Counted from the first letter of the stretch, positions 1 to 12,800 are shown. The stretch: 64,000 bases of DNA from Raillietiella orientalis (GCA_036172245.1 JAYWIR010000082.1:248001-312000); one strand, 5' to 3'. The notes: generated by a model from the letters alone, not told the origin. Numbers and translations: made by a program.

Positions 1-555
1 AGATCCAGGCACGCGAGGTCCGAACAAGCACCGGCTCTCCATCATGGCATGCGAATCATCTCTGCCAACATTTTGCGGATTAAAGGAGGCAGCGCTGCTG
101 CTCCATGGCAGCTGTTTTCCAGAAAAACTAAAGGTGCTTTATCTTTCGGATAGAGCGCTGACAATTCGTTGATACAAATAGAATGAGCCGCAAGCCTTCA
201 ATTCGGATTAAATTTTATCTTCCATGCAGTGCAACTACGATGATCTTGGTGGGAAGTGGAAGTGCATGCAGCCTCCTTTAGTAAACAACGATCCATTCCC
301 CCCCTTTCCCCTCCCCCCTTCCATTCAACAAGGACAGTGACAGAATCTGAGGAAATGTGACTGAGTTCCTCAATATCAGCTTCAAATCGACATCAACTGA
401 AGAAACATAGAAACATCCGAAGCTTGCAAGATGAGCACGTACAAATGAGAATACTTTGAAATCACTAAACCTCCAGCACAATGCTAGATTTTGCAAAGGA
501 AGAATCATCCGAATGATGGTTTGCTTCGAAAGAGAAACCAACGACCGTTCGTCGA

Positions 556-843
556 TCACAAGCTGCGGCACATCGGGAATCGGGAATCAAGCAATGGAAT
601 CGTCCTGAAAGATGGAGCTCCCCCCCCGAAGCGATTTCCTGTTGCTCTTTCGAGCCGCTTCGATCTAAGGTTCCTAATTTGCAAGGACCATTTCCTTTCC
701 CCTTCCTTCGCAGCCCTGGATTCGAATTCTACGAGGACACTTTTGCTCCCGTTTCGTTCGACCCTCAAAGAACGATTCCTCCCTGAAATCTTGTCTTCGT
801 ACCGTTGGGTTTCAAGACTGTGCAGAGTGTTCCCTATCTTCAA
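556..843 (-). mobile_element. Possible decayed LINE ORF1-like fragment
   Basis: Translation 'GSKSVLVEFESRAAKE...IRNLR' loosely resembles the 'RPILVxF...K..VL...L' pattern of CR1/L2 ORF1 proteins. No other support. Confidence 0.2.
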
Positions 844-2399
844 ATGGGCCTTGCCTGGCTGTTGAGGAAAATACGGTTTTCATCTCATCCTGCTGCCTGC
901 ACGGCTTCTACGTAGCTCGGGGCATGCTCTATAGAAAAGTTGAGTAGAAAAGTGGAAGAGGACTGCAGTGATTTGTGAGCGCAAGGTTTATGCCGCAAGT
1001 CAATCTGTGCCTTCGTTTAGCCACATTGGAGTAAACACAAGAAATGCAGCGCAGCGCGCCCTCTATACCTAGGTCGTCGCGCTCCTACACGGTTTCGAGA
1101 CGTAATCCTGCTGTACAACTCTACAGTACAAGCTCAGAAAACCGCCTCCGTTTATAACGTGAATCACTAAGAACTCGTTGACACCACTGCAAGACGGCGG
1201 AATCACACGAGACCGCAAAGCTGCTAAAAAAAACATCCAATTTGCATCCAGACATGCCGTTACCATCCAATACTGCTCCGAAAGCTGTAGAAAGGCCAGG
1301 GGGCAGCTGCTTTTTTCTAAAACGAAGAACCGGCAAGCAGAACTTCAAAGTCAACGGATTTAATTAAGGACGGGGCAAAGTTTACTTTCGCCTATCGCAG
1401 CTGCAGGCAATCAAGGGGTAATTTGGATGAAAACCGTAAGCCTAGTTCCGTAACTCCTGTGATGGAATGGGGGAGGGGACACTGCCTACCCCAGAAGTTC
1501 CATTAAAGAATGACTTATTTGTGGCGAGCAATGCAAACTTGTTGATCGTGGAATATCAGTTTCTGCTGTTGAGAGTTTCATCAACGGCAGTTGATGGTTC
1601 GGTTTATGCGATCCTAGGAATGTGTGGCTCTAAAGGATTTACATCCTATCAAAACACAGATATGTTTTGATAGGTTTTCAGAGTGGGGACGCTCAGTGAT
1701 ATGGCAGTGCTGAGATCATATAGATCGTGTGGCAGTCCTCCGCGGTGTATTCGCGTCGGAATTTTTCGGCTATCTGAAGACGCTTCATCACATTTAGTAA
1801 CATTTAGTATGCAGCATTGCCAAGAGAAGCAGCTTTCAGAATAAATAGGAAGATAAAGATGGAAGATATCAGGATACGACTAGGAATTTTCGCCCCTTTG
1901 TTTAAGGAAAGGCTGCTCTTCCTGCCAAGTGAACGATCACTGTAAACAGGCTGGAAAGCAGGAATCAAGGAAGAAGGCCGATCCCTGAATGATTGAATGT
2001 GCAAAGACGCAAACGAACGCACAGAACATTCCTGACAGGACGGAATGGCATCGAATCGGGAAGCATTGGAAATGCTTGTTTGCAGCATCTCTCGTACTCC
2101 ACCTCAAGAATGAATGCATGGCAACAGGGAGTACCACCAACAGCAGCAACATCGATTCTTCGCCTGCCGTTTTCCCTCATCTTCATTCATAAAAAAAAAA
2201 ACAAAAAAACAAGGGGGGAGGGAGCATTGAATGAAACATAGGACTGGAATGGGGGCGAAGCAGAACGACACTGGTTCGAATCGGTTGTCCAAGTAGCCTG
2301 GCTCCTGCCACTTTCCTGTCGGCATTCGAGCGGAGGAAAAGCGAAACTGGATTGACGATGGTCTCCAGGCAACTCTCGGAACCGCAAGTAGACACGAGG

Positions 2400-4850
2400 C
2401 ACTCGGCTTGCTTCCTTCCTGCGGAGTGCTCGCGATGTGTACGTCAGGAGCCTTTGAGAGATGAAGAGCTCCCTGACGGACCCCACCTGGCAGCCTGCGA
2501 CCCCAGCGTGCAGCACGGCCTACCCGCCCATTCCGCGCGAGCCAGCCGCCTAGCTGGCGCGGCTTGAGCGGCGACTGCCGCCCCTTGCGTGCCGCCACGA
2601 TAAGGAGAGGTGAGCTGTCGCATTCATGCAAGCTGAGGGACCCCCTCCGGCGGGCAGCGGGCGCGTGAGGGAGGGAGGATACTCATCCGGTGCTGTCGGG
2701 TGGGTGCCTCTTCTCCAGCCGCCTCGCTTCGAGAAATCCCTTGGTTACCTGTCCATGGGCGCGCACGAGCAACTTCTGCTTCACGGCAATTAAAACGCGG
2801 GGACGGCGTGCTTCCCCTCGATTAGCCTGTTCTCAGATTATTTCCATAAAAAGGGAGGAAGGGAGGGAAAAAAGAGGAGGGGGAGAGGGAACTCAGCCAG
2901 AGAATTGAGACGCAGCCGCTGCTCCGAGCGTTGAGGTCCGATCGGCGACAGCGCGCCAAATCGGGTGCTCGTGGCCTAGCAGCGGGAACGGGAGCATTCG
3001 GTGGTCCAGACCGACGATGCGGACGAGGCGGGATGCAGATTGAGGAGACCGGCAGGAGAAGCTGCGTACCGCGTGACGTAGCGTGCTGTGTGCGTGAGTG
3101 CGTGCGTGCGTGCGTTCTTAAACCGGGAGAATCGGTCGTAGGTTGCGGAGAATCGCGGTTCCCATCGAAACGTCCCTCCGGTCTCGATCTCAACTGCTAG
3201 GGGAAGCGTCTTGGAGTCCTTTCCACTTCTCGCCCGATAGCAAAGTCCTCCCCAGAGGCTGGGGAAGATCTTAACTGACCTCGACGTGGGTGGAGGGGAG
3301 AAAAAATGGATCGCCCAGATCAATCGAGATTTCCAAACGACAATGTTGCAAGAGAAAGGGAAGGCAGGTGGAACACGGGCGCGCGTACACGCAGGCACGT
3401 GGAGGCGGATGTACATCTCCACATGTACATGCGTATTCCCGTGTAGTTGGCGTATGACCCCGAGGAGAACACGCCCAGAGACCGTCCGAGCGCGCGTCGC
3501 ACTGGTGAGAGGCCGGGGAGCTTCGGAGATCTCGGGACTGCTTGCGAGGGCACGCGCGGTTCCTCTTGTTGGAAAATAGGAGTCCCCCACCTGGAAAAAA
3601 ATGCTATCCGTTCCGAAGGTTGCCGAGCAACTGCTCCCTTCGCCGTCCTCAGGAAGAACAGCCCAAACGGCTCTCGGTGCGGAAACGAGCTCCTGGCTCC
3701 CCGGATGGGATGCGCGCATGTCGCAAGGGAGCCCTCCCTGCAGCCCAACCCTCAGTCCTGCATCCTTCCCGTTGACCTGACCCCTCTCTCAGTCCAGCCG
3801 ACAAAGACCGGGACACCTCCTTTCCTGTCTGCTCTTGCCACCGCGTGTTTGCGGCGCTTTCCTCTCGCGAGAGGATGGGTAGGGAAGGGGAAGAGCGAAG
3901 GGACGAGGCGGAGAGAGTGACCACCCCCAGCGCGTTGCGGAACCCGGACGAAAAGGGTGGACATCTCCCTATCTCCTGGAGCGGATCGCGCTCCCTCCTC
4001 TATCCCAGTGACCGGCTCTCGCCAAGCCACATGGGAGAAAGAGTAGCTGGTAGGTCCGGAGCGAGCGGTTTCCACGAAGGAACGGAGCCAATCGATCCCG
4101 AGGGTCGCGAGGGTCGACTCCTCCGGGCTGAAGGAGGGGGCAAGGGACGCGCGCCCTGTGACCGCCTTTCCTGTGTCGTCAACGCCACGTTCGCTTCTCC
4201 TTGCCTTCTTCCCTCCGGCCGCTTTCGGTCCTGAGAAATGGGAGAGGGGCTTCTTTCCTCCCGGAGGAGCAATCCAAGGAGCGACGGGACGGAGGGAAAG
4301 AGGCGAGGGACTTTGCGGCGGCTGCGACGACAACCTGCCGGGTCGTCGCCAGAGGCACCCTCTCTCTCTCCTCGTTGATGTAGCGCTCCCGAACGCCTCC
4401 CCCCCGTCCCCGAGGACTCGAGAAGAAGGGAAGAAAAAAAATACCTGGCTTTTTCCGGGGGGGCAACTGCTGCGCGCTCTTCGCAGGAGGCAGTTTCTGG
4501 CTGGAGATCTGGCCGTGGGGAGTTCCTACGTGGGCGCCACTTCTGCCCCCCCACGGGGGCTGCTGCTGCCTCCTCATGAGAGCCGCGGAGCTGATCATCT
4601 TCTGTCCTCGGGGGAAGGAGAGAGGAAGGGAGGGAGACCGACACACAACCGTCCGCTGCGGCGACGGGAGGCGACCGTTGCTCAGGCGACGCGCGGCGGA
4701 AAGAAGGGGACGGAAGACGGGGGGAGGCAGCAAAAGGGGAGCCGAGTGAGGGAAGGGAAGCAGAGCGCTGCTGCCGCCGCCGCCGTCGCCAAAATGGTCC
4801 GCACGCGAGAGCGAGTCCAACCAACACGGGACTCCCGAGATCCCGCTCGA
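2400..4850. promoter_or_regulatory. CpG-rich, GC-rich island (possible promoter/5' region)
   Basis: Dense CG dinucleotides, a (GTGC)n run at ~3085-3115, a GCC run before AAAATGG at 4791-4797, and a candidate donor GAG|GTGAGC at ~2610. No convincing protein found. Confidence 0.3.
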
Positions 4851-4899
4851 AGCACTCAATGGCGCGGTTTGCCCCTGGGGTGCGCGCTGGCCGAGCGGG

Positions 4900-6300
4900 A
4901 GGCAACGACGACGGCCTGGCCTTGCGCGCGCTCCTGGAAGCGAGCAGGAAGGAGTGGGAGGGGAGGAGCGGAATCTCCTCCTCCCTCTCTCCTCCCCTTC
5001 CCCTCCCACTCGACTTTCCTTCTGCGGGAATCCCGGGACTTCATCCCTTCAGCTCGCCAAGTAGCCACGTTCAGTCGCAGGGTTCCTCCGACGCCCCCCC
5101 CCCCTTCTCTCTCTCTCCTCAGTGGTTCTCCCTCGTTCCTGATCCGGGAGCATAGAGACCTCCGGCTGCGTCCGTTTGGGCAAGCGACCGCAGCTGGTCC
5201 AGGAAGGACGTCAGGGTGGAGGGGAGAAAGAAGGGAAATGGGTTGTTTGCTCCTTCCTCCCGACTCCGGAACGTCCCGGCCATCTGTGCCAGGAGGGGAG
5301 ACGGACCTCCCCCGAGTTCCTTCCAGACCTTTTTCTTTTCCCTCTCTCCCACATCGTCTCCAGCTCCCAGATCCACCCACCTGCTTGATGAGCTCATCTC
5401 CAGAGATGCGAGGAGGGGAAGGAGAAAAGTCCTCGCGTCTCCAGTAAGGAGAAAGACTCTCTTCCCGTCCCCTTGCTCTCTTCCTTCGATCATCCCTGTG
5501 GAACAAGGGGAGCGGGAAGGATCCCAGGCGCTGGAAGGAGGGAGGAAGGTTGAGCTTTCCGGAAGTTCCGTGGAGTATCTCCTGGATTGCTGGCTAGAGG
5601 TCCAGAGTGATCCTCCGACTCCCTTGTTGCATCCTTCCTCTCGTCAATTCGAAAAAGGGCTCTCCCAGCCGATGCGGAGTTCGGGAACTAAGAAGGCAGG
5701 AAGGTGAAATCAGGGCGGGAACATATCCAGGTGGTCCATCACGGAGGGAGGGTCGCGCGCCACGGCAGTCTTCGGCGACCTCTCGCACCGATGTTGCCTT
5801 TCCTCTTTCCTCCCCCCTCCCGCTCCTCTTCTCCCAGAGGAATCCTGCAGTGGGGGAGTCCCGCGAGCCGCCTGCTGACCAGATGAGGCACTATCAGGTC
5901 CATCTCCAGCTTCTGATTTCGCCGCTCGTCCGAGTAGGGGAAGGATGAATTCCCATGGGATTCGTCCATTGTCGAAGGGATCCAAGCCGAGTCCATCGGC
6001 AGCAAGAAGCAATCCCGCTTCCTTGAGGAAGGAGAAGGAGTCTTGATTCCTAATTCCTCCCGTGTTTTGCTTCTCCCCAATAACCACGTGCTCCGATGGC
6101 CACATCTCTTTCGGAAGCTGCTACCGCTCGGGGAGATCCTCCCTGGAAGATTGAGGACTTCCGAGACCTCTGATCGTTTCCCGGTGTCACTTCTCTCCCC
6201 TACTGTTTTAGCCTTTGCGACTCCTTCCTGTGCAAAGTAGACTTTTCCTGCTCACTTTTGAAGTCATCTTCACAGGAATCTGAGTGAGCCTCTGAGCCCC
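4900..6300 (-). mobile_element. Decayed non-LTR retrotransposon ORF2 (APE endonuclease + start of RT)
   Basis: Motifs occur in order across frameshifts on the minus strand: 'RDVAIGARGYWG' (~GDFNA.H..WG, ~6080-6115), 'NSSFP...MDLIV' (~N..PT...S.IDL, ~5890-5950), 'MDHL' (~SDH, ~5730), 'PRISGDELIKQV' (RT domain 0, ~5380-5415), 'QPISLLSPL' (~RPISLLS, ~5220-5245). APE-RT spacing is shorter than typical, implying deletions. Confidence 0.5.
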
Positions 6301-6399
6301 GCTTCCCTCTTCCAGAAGGATCCATGGCTCCTCACGGGTCGTCTGGCAAGAGGAGCACCTTCCTTAGGACCGCGGCCGGTAGATTCCTTCTCGTCATTC

Positions 6400-8920
6400 C
6401 GCCCCGATTTCCGTAGAAGGCAGCAGGTCAAGTCCTTACTCTTCTCAACTCCACTTCTGACCCACCTTTGCCAACTGTGGATCCAACCTTCGACCTGCAC
6501 ACCTGATTCCCTGAGAGCTACTTCGTATGAGCCAGTGAGGTTTGTTAGCCAGCCGTCATCCACGGAACCGACAAGCCACATCCGGAACCGATCATACGGG
6601 CCTTGTCTAATGCTTCCTTTCGACTTGAGGATCTCCGGTCGCCTGAGTTCTTCTTCAGTCCAGAGGAAGCTGTTCCCGATACTTGATCCTCCTCATCCTT
6701 CTGTACGTTGGGAACTCACGAGGAATCGGACGGCAGAGAGTGGTCCAAGCGAGGGGATCCGTCGGATTGATCGTTTCGCCTCCTCAGCTTTCGTGCTACT
6801 GCGCGCTCAGATCGTTTCCTTTGGAGGGGTCGTGGGGTACCACAGAGCAAGGGGAGTGTGACGACTTCTTTGCTCTCCAGTGACCAGGCCCAACGAGAAA
6901 AATGGAGAATGTAGCTCTAGCGGCGGCAGTCCCCGCATAAGACTATTCCTCTCCCTTCTCAGTTTCCTGGAACCAAGGAGGAAGTAGGGAGCAGGTCTCT
7001 CCGTCTGTCCCCCGGCATCCCTCGGAAGTGGCGCGCGCGTCCTGACACCGGCTTTCATCTATGCCTCAGTGAGACGGGGAATCTCCAGCTCTCGCGCAGT
7101 CTCCGTAGACACCGGCCTGCGCCATGACGACCGCCGGATCAGTCGGAAGAGGATGTTCTCTGCGAACCAGCCTTTCCAGCGTAGATACGGAACACTCCCG
7201 GCTCTCCTAGAGCTTGACAGAAAACGCATCGGGAACAAGCGCAGTCGCGTCTCCGAGGAATTTCCCGTCTCCTCCCTCTTAATGGCGTCGTCCAGGGATC
7301 GAGTGAATTTGGCCGGAGGCAGCCCCTGCCTGAGACTCCCCTGCTCCCCAAGTCTAAGGGTGCGCAAGACCGCTAGTAGTTCCCGATGGAGCTACTTCTG
7401 GAGCTTCGGCAACGACAGCGAAAGTGAGTGACCTTCCGCTCTCGTGCAATTATCCGCGAAAGGTGCAGCAAGATCCGGCGTCAGCTTCTCCAGAAGGATC
7501 CTGTTTCTGGTGGGCGTCTTAGGGCCAAAAACGACATGAGGAACCCCTCTCCATCCCGGGAATGGAAGACTCAGAACGCGTTCGAGCTTTCCAAGCTCCT
7601 TCCACTCCTTGGACGCCGCCAAGGTGCATCGCTGTCTACTCTTCAGAAAGATCGGCTGATCCGCTTAGGACCGAAGGAAGCAGCCGCTTCCATTCCTGCC
7701 GTGACTCGCGCTTGCGCTTCGGTGGGGAAGCCTCCACCCACGCCTTTTCCCCTCTCCTCGCTTTGCAGCAGTCCGATCCACCGTGGTCGGATGCTAGAAT
7801 TGTCATCCAGTAGCTGGATCAGACAAGAGAGCTGCATTTCAGCAATCCCCGTTTTCCCTGTCTATCTCTTGCGAGTGCACTATCCTGATAGGAGCTCCCT
7901 TATTCCCTTCGGTGGCTGCCTGACGGTACCTCGTTTCGTTCCCAGTGGGCGCGCCTTTGAGCGCGAAAACTGGATGGAAGAACTCTGCCTGATTCTATCG
8001 CAGAATCCACTTCCTGGCGACTTTCGCGTTCGAACGAGTTGCACCCTACAAGCACCCCCTTATAGTTATCCTCCCGACTTCTTTTCGGGGTGCCACATCC
8101 CTCTTCCTTCCTTCCTCTCCTGTTCTAAAACCCTTATCTTTCTTCGTTCCCGTAAGGATCGATCTTTCCTTTTCGTTGCCACGAGACACGAGGACTTTCC
8201 CCTCCTAAATCTTTCACTCCTTACCTCGCCGAAAGTCCCTAACCGAATCCATCGTAACTCGTCTGGAGTTGGGAGGGGAAAGATCGTGGATCCCAGATCG
8301 AAAGAACGCAGAAGAGGCGCAACAAAACTCGTCTTCGTGTCTCAAGAGAGTTCTTCGCTCACGAGACATGGAGGAGCCTCCCTTCCGGGTATTCCACCTC
8401 GCACGTCAGGATCGCGTTCGCATGTATCCGGAACTCCCCTTCCGGGTCGTGAGGTTCTCCCGTGCTCCCACGGAAGAGTCAGAAGCAAAGTGCAGTGAAG
8501 CTGGAACGAGAATCCTCTTCGGGCTTTCCCAGAGTCAAGAGAAGCGCTTTCCTCCCGTTTGCATCACGTGCCTCCATTCCCGGAACCGGGAAGACTCTCT
8601 GCGTTCCTTCCAAGAGGAAGGAAACAAGAAGTGGAAAGATGAGTCCCATTGCTATGCGGACTTCTCCGAGTCTTTAAGGAATTGTCTCCCACCCCGCAAT
8701 GACCCACGCACACGAACAGGTAATCCCTAGCGTTCCCACCATTTCCGTGAGCATTCTGCGGTCATGACCAACTTCCTCCTCTTGTTCTTCTCTTCCGAGC
8801 CGGTATCGAAGAAAGTCCCCGATTTGATCCAGTCAGGAGAGTCCTGACGAAGCATCTCTCTTGACTGGACACCCATCCTCCCTACTTTAAAGTCTCTGGA
8901 GAAGAAGGAGGTTTCTGAGA
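6400..8920 (-). mobile_element. Decayed CR1/L2-like LINE ORF2 (APE-RT)
   Basis: Motifs with the expected order and spacing: 'SRDFKV' (~GDFN, ~8890), 'DLAAPF' (~DL.KAF, 7458-7475), 'LRQGLPPAKFTRSLDD' (~QG..L.P.LF...DD, ~7290-7335), 'RLRLF[A]DA' with a 1-nt deletion (~RLFADD, ~7225-7245), 'W.AEN.L' (~W...N.L, ~7160), 'NSLMRG..LELHSPF' (~Y.SLVRP.LEY.SP.W, ~6900-6950). Confidence 0.7.
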
Positions 8921-9269
8921 CTGAAAAGGAAAAGCAAACGAATGAATCATCAAAAGGATCTCGTCATCACTACTTTGCCCCTCCTTCTAATGTTTCCATC
9001 TTTCCTTTTCACTTTTCCTGCTTTGTTTCCTTCTCACTCTTCATTCTGTTGCTGCTGCCACCATTGCTACCACTACCATTGCCCGTTGGTTATGGATTCA
9101 AGGATGCCTTCCAAGAATGATCCGGCGAGGCAAAGAAATGTGATGAGCTGTGACATAACGGATATGCCTTTATTCCTCTCTATCTGGAAATCTGAGACGA
9201 ACGGGAGTCACTTCACAGTGAGTTCGTCCCTCTTGAACACATTCGATGGTTTGGGAGACGTTTAGAACT

Positions 9270-9560
9270 GGCCGCGGGAAACATAGGTAAATCCCAATTT
9301 GAGCACCAGCAAAATCAGGAGGTTGCCAAGGCTTGCTCCTCCTGAACAATTATGACTCTCACCACTGACCACTTGAGCCACAACCGATCACCTCGGGTCA
9401 ATGAAAAAGCTGATTTCCGTGCTGATTGGAAACATGGAAACTGAGCTGACCAATGGCACAGAGTCATCCACCTTCATTCTCAACAGACAACTGCCAATCA
9501 TTACAAACCTTCACAACCTTTTGTGTATCTCCACAATTTTGCCCGAAACTGTACACTCCT
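9270..9560 (-). mobile_element. Short decayed LINE RT fragment
   Basis: 'ISFFIDPR*SVV...GASLGNLLI' resembles 'I.SFL..R.Q.V...GS.LGPLLF' (RT domain 4). Confidence 0.3.
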
Positions 9561-9681
9561 TTATTTAACTACGCATTAAGATAACAAGTAAACACAGCCG
9601 CTCATCACACGTCGCATCTCCATGAGGATAGTGCTAGTACTCTCGCGCATGGCTCATTTACCTCCGATATGAACAGCAGTT

Positions 9682-9689
9682 TATATAAA
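9682..9689 (+). promoter_or_regulatory. TATA box candidate upstream of rep
   Basis: TATATAAA ~120 nt upstream of Rep motif I. AATAAA at 10724-10729 lies downstream of the Rep remnant. Confidence 0.35.
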
Positions 9690-9780
9690 CCAATCCAAAC
9701 GGTCCACAAACCAGTCTGCGAAAGAGAATCGCATCTCGCTCTTTGGCTAATTAAAGTAACAGTATAGCAACAAAAGCACA

Positions 9781-10620
9781 CAAAAACGCCCGCAACATGA
9801 AAATCAGCAGTGAGCTTTTAGCATAAATAATTACAGCTTCCTATAACTAGGATTCAAAGGTTTCCTCACCGAACACGCCGACTTCCATGTCATCGCTCAA
9901 GAAACAGATTTTCACAGCACGGCATTCTGCCAATGTACCCATCACACTCTCCAAGACGTGCACAAGAAGCTAGGAAAAATGCGGAAAAATCTGGAAGTAA
10001 CTGCTCAGCCAAACGTCTAATAATGCAATAGAGATGAAAAACCAAAGAAAAGTTCTCCTCCTCAGTCTAGGTAACAAAAGTAATTTTAATTCAGCAAGTA
10101 AAAAATGAACCACATGTGCTCACAGTTATCTTGAAAATTCCGTGCGAGAAACGTCAATTTTCCGAGAGAATGTGATGGATTTGAAAGATGGTGACTCCAT
10201 GCTCGGCTCACTTATTAAAGAATGTCAGAATCGAATTCCAAGCATCATTTACACAACTCCACATCTATTTGCATTTGGACCTATAGGCGGATCTGGAAAA
10301 AGCGTCTTTTTAAACACCTTTTATTGCAAAAGAGTTACGACCCTACTTCCTGGAAAAATGCAGACACAGTCCACTTATAGGATAATCAAGAAATGATTAC
10401 CGTTACCGAACATTACGTTAGTTTTACATGTGGGAGCAAACGAGCTATTGAATATAGCTTAATCGAACGATGGAATAACGGTATTATCTTCATTTCCAAG
10501 ACATTATGGGTCCATTGGACTTCCCTCAATACTTCACGTATGAGAGTTTCCTCTTTTGCGAGCTGGATTTTCAGACATGGACGAATGGGAAATCATCAGA
10601 CTCCACGAGACTAATAATTG
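9781..10620 (+). pseudogene. rep: Endogenous CRESS-DNA virus replication initiator (Rep) pseudogene: HUH endonuclease + SF3 helicase, nanovirus/alphasatellite-like
   Basis: Motif I 'Q*AFSINNY' (9808-9834; ~W.FTINN). Motif II region 'VIAQETDFHSTAFCQC' (9889-9936), in register with 'VYQVERGQEGTRHVQG'. Motif III 'NLE...NV**CNRD' (~HLE...YC.K, ~9988-10035). These three are in one frame. Then Walker A 'GPIGGSGKS' (10277-10303; ~GPNGGEGKT), 'YSLIERWNNGIIFISK' (10453-10500; ~YGLLEEFKNGIIQSGK), 'VSSFAS' (~VIVFAN, motif C) and 'SDMDEWEII' (~S.DRW.II, 10571-10597). Total length ~280 codons. Multiple stops and frameshifts. Confidence 0.85.
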
Positions 10621-10749
10621 CACAATATTGGTTTGGATGATCACAGATGAAGAAATCATTCAGATGACGTGCCGGGGACCCAGTTCTCCCTTCTCTCCAC
10701 ATCCACAGGAACTATTCCGGAAAAATAAATGACATACAAAAGCACAAAA

Positions 10750-12350
10750 ATGTATTCTATTCCATCACAGAATCCACGTTACCTTCGACCATCTAAACGC
10801 TTCACGTCGAACTGCCGAATGCAACACCTTAAGGCCACTCAATCAACTCAACTTCAACTTCTTGTATGAAGCACAGATAACAATTTTCAGGCAACCTGAT
10901 GTCTTACATCAGGTTGTCTCTCCATTTCTAAATATACGCAAGAAGAACATCTCCTCTTCAGCACTTCTTCCAGAATGAGCACCTCACCATAGAGCACAAA
11001 GTAAAACCCGTATAATTCAGCAGCCCTTGGCACTACCGATAGACACCTTGCACTTGCACTCAACACCAAGATAATTTCTGGAACGAAGTTCGCGAATGCT
11101 ATAGTAGACTGCCGTAACTGAGCTGATGGTTTTGATTTCCGCAGATATTAATGCAATGATTGACGTGTTAATTCGGCTCTTCGAGACTGAAGGAACTATA
11201 ACAGCAGACTTGAGCGCCATGATTTTATCCCTGGAACCCCTGCATCCCTTGAATCTACTTTCGTAGTGCCAACTATCATTCAATGCAAGCCGTTCATCAG
11301 CGTGCTCAAACTTCACTGACGAGGCCACGGCAGTCAAACATGCCATTCAGAGGAAGCTAATGTGCAATCTGTAATTATCATTTGCACCCTTATCAAGCAG
11401 AACTCAACTCCAGAGTTGCAGTCTTCCTTAGTGTGCACAGCCGAATGGAAAAGTTTTCTCTCCGTTTAAGGATCACTTCAAGATTTGGCTTCGAAAATGT
11501 GCACATGCAAGCCTGAAAATTCGCATTTGCATGCAAATTTCATTCGCGATTTTTCACCTTGCTGGCGTGAAGCCTTCTTGAGACAACAAATGACTTAATG
11601 ATGCAAATTAACTGGCGGGTTAAAAGAGGAAGAGAAAACACACATTCTGATACTCTGGAAGATGATATCCCCCCCATTTTGCACTTTCTGCAGCCGCGCG
11701 GCCATTTTTCTCTAAGGAAGACCGCAATCTGATTCTTTGAGTTTGCAAAACACATGCCCTTCTTTTTCGGAATAAACCTCGCTACTACGATAACATCAGC
11801 TGTGAATTTCACAGCGTGTGTTTAACTGCGAACATCCGGTACACGACTTCCCATTCGCATACCCGTCATCTTTTTTGACATCAACTGACGAACAGTCGAA
11901 TTCCAACTTCCATCCGGTTCGTTAATTTCATTCAAACGAAATGGAGAAGTATGATCGGCTACACGATCACCCCTCGCCACAGACAGAACGCAGTCGGTCG
12001 CTTCTGGACCTTCTGGCTAAGATCAAAGTGCTTAGTTCCAGCTTGTAAGCCAAACCAGTGCTACATCCTTCACTGAGTGACTCGTCTCTCTACTACGCGC
12101 CAATTGATGACCAACTGGCAAGATTATTTGTTCCAGCTCCCTAATCCAATCCGACAGTTTACGATGATACTCTAGGCTCACTAAGAAATGCTCACCCTTC
12201 ACTTGTAAATATTGAGAAGGGCCTTTCGCCTCGTAGTGCGAGGTCAACTGAAGGACGGTGCATCGCAAACTCACAACCAAGCGTCCATCGACTCGAACCG
12301 CCCATCTAACACAACACGTACACGACTCTTGAGTCTCCAGGGAAGCCACG
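10750..12350 (-). mobile_element. Decayed R4/NeSL-like non-LTR retrotransposon RT
   Basis: Ordered motifs: 'WAVRVDG' (~WKAPG.DG), 'LSDWIRE..IILP' (~P.W..G.T.LIPK), 'VDVKK' (~IDYKKA, ~11875), 'GGISSS..PLLTRQL' (~QGDSLSP...PLS..L, ~11610-11675), 'LHANA' (~LYADD, ~11530), 'FS...LRKTATLEL' (~FS...L.KCA.L), 'DKIMAL...VP' (~NKI.AI...P, ~11220), 'KVLH..W' (~K.LHG..S..W, ~10780-10830). Confidence 0.65.
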
Positions 12351-12455
12351 TTTACTCTTCAACATAAGTACTTCCTCGATGTCTTGCATATTCTGAGCTT
12401 CAAATCATTGCTCCACGGAGCAGTCTTTTTCAAAGGCGAGACCTGGCAAAATTCT

Positions 12456-12800
12456 TCATGTTTCTTGAAAGCCGATGGGTCTTGCATAATGGTGAGGGCA
12501 TGTGAGATGAGTAGTTCCTCTCTTCATGAGTAGAAACGCTTTCTTGTAGTCAGCAGGATGCGTGCATCCTGCTGACTGAAAAAAAAAGTTTCTCGCTTTC
12601 TCAGAGGCTCTCCATCCAAGCGCACCCTTGATAGGAGCGAATCTGGACTGCTGTGTGGACTGCCTCAAACACCATACACTCTGTCTACGAAGCTGAAGAA
12701 AAGAACAGGGAAAACTCACAGCATAGACAACAAGAATAAGAGCAGTTTTTTTGTGTGGTCCATTCAGATCTTCCATTTGTATTAGTGGAAAACTGACGGA
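12456..12800 (-). mobile_element. Non-LTR RT fragment (domains 2-3)
   Basis: 'EDLN...ALILVVY', 'QQSRFAPIKG' (~EQ.GF...RG), 'ADYKKAF' (~IDYKKAFD). Confidence 0.55.

Noticed and set aside
1989..2192. 'TEWHRI' resembles the SSB OB-fold motif
   Set aside because: Isolated 6-mer with no other SSB motifs or supporting exon structure.
4000..5447. Long overlapping ORFs (429, 301, 276 aa)
   Set aside because: Low-complexity R/G/P/S translations typical of GC-rich shadow ORFs; part overlaps an antisense LINE remnant.
11000..12100. Possible CRESS capsid gene converging on rep ('TKHFD', 'FRLNEINEPD', 'EW..VYRMFAV')
   Set aside because: The same interval carries an ordered run of R4/NeSL-type RT motifs that explains it better, and there is no Arg-rich N-terminus.
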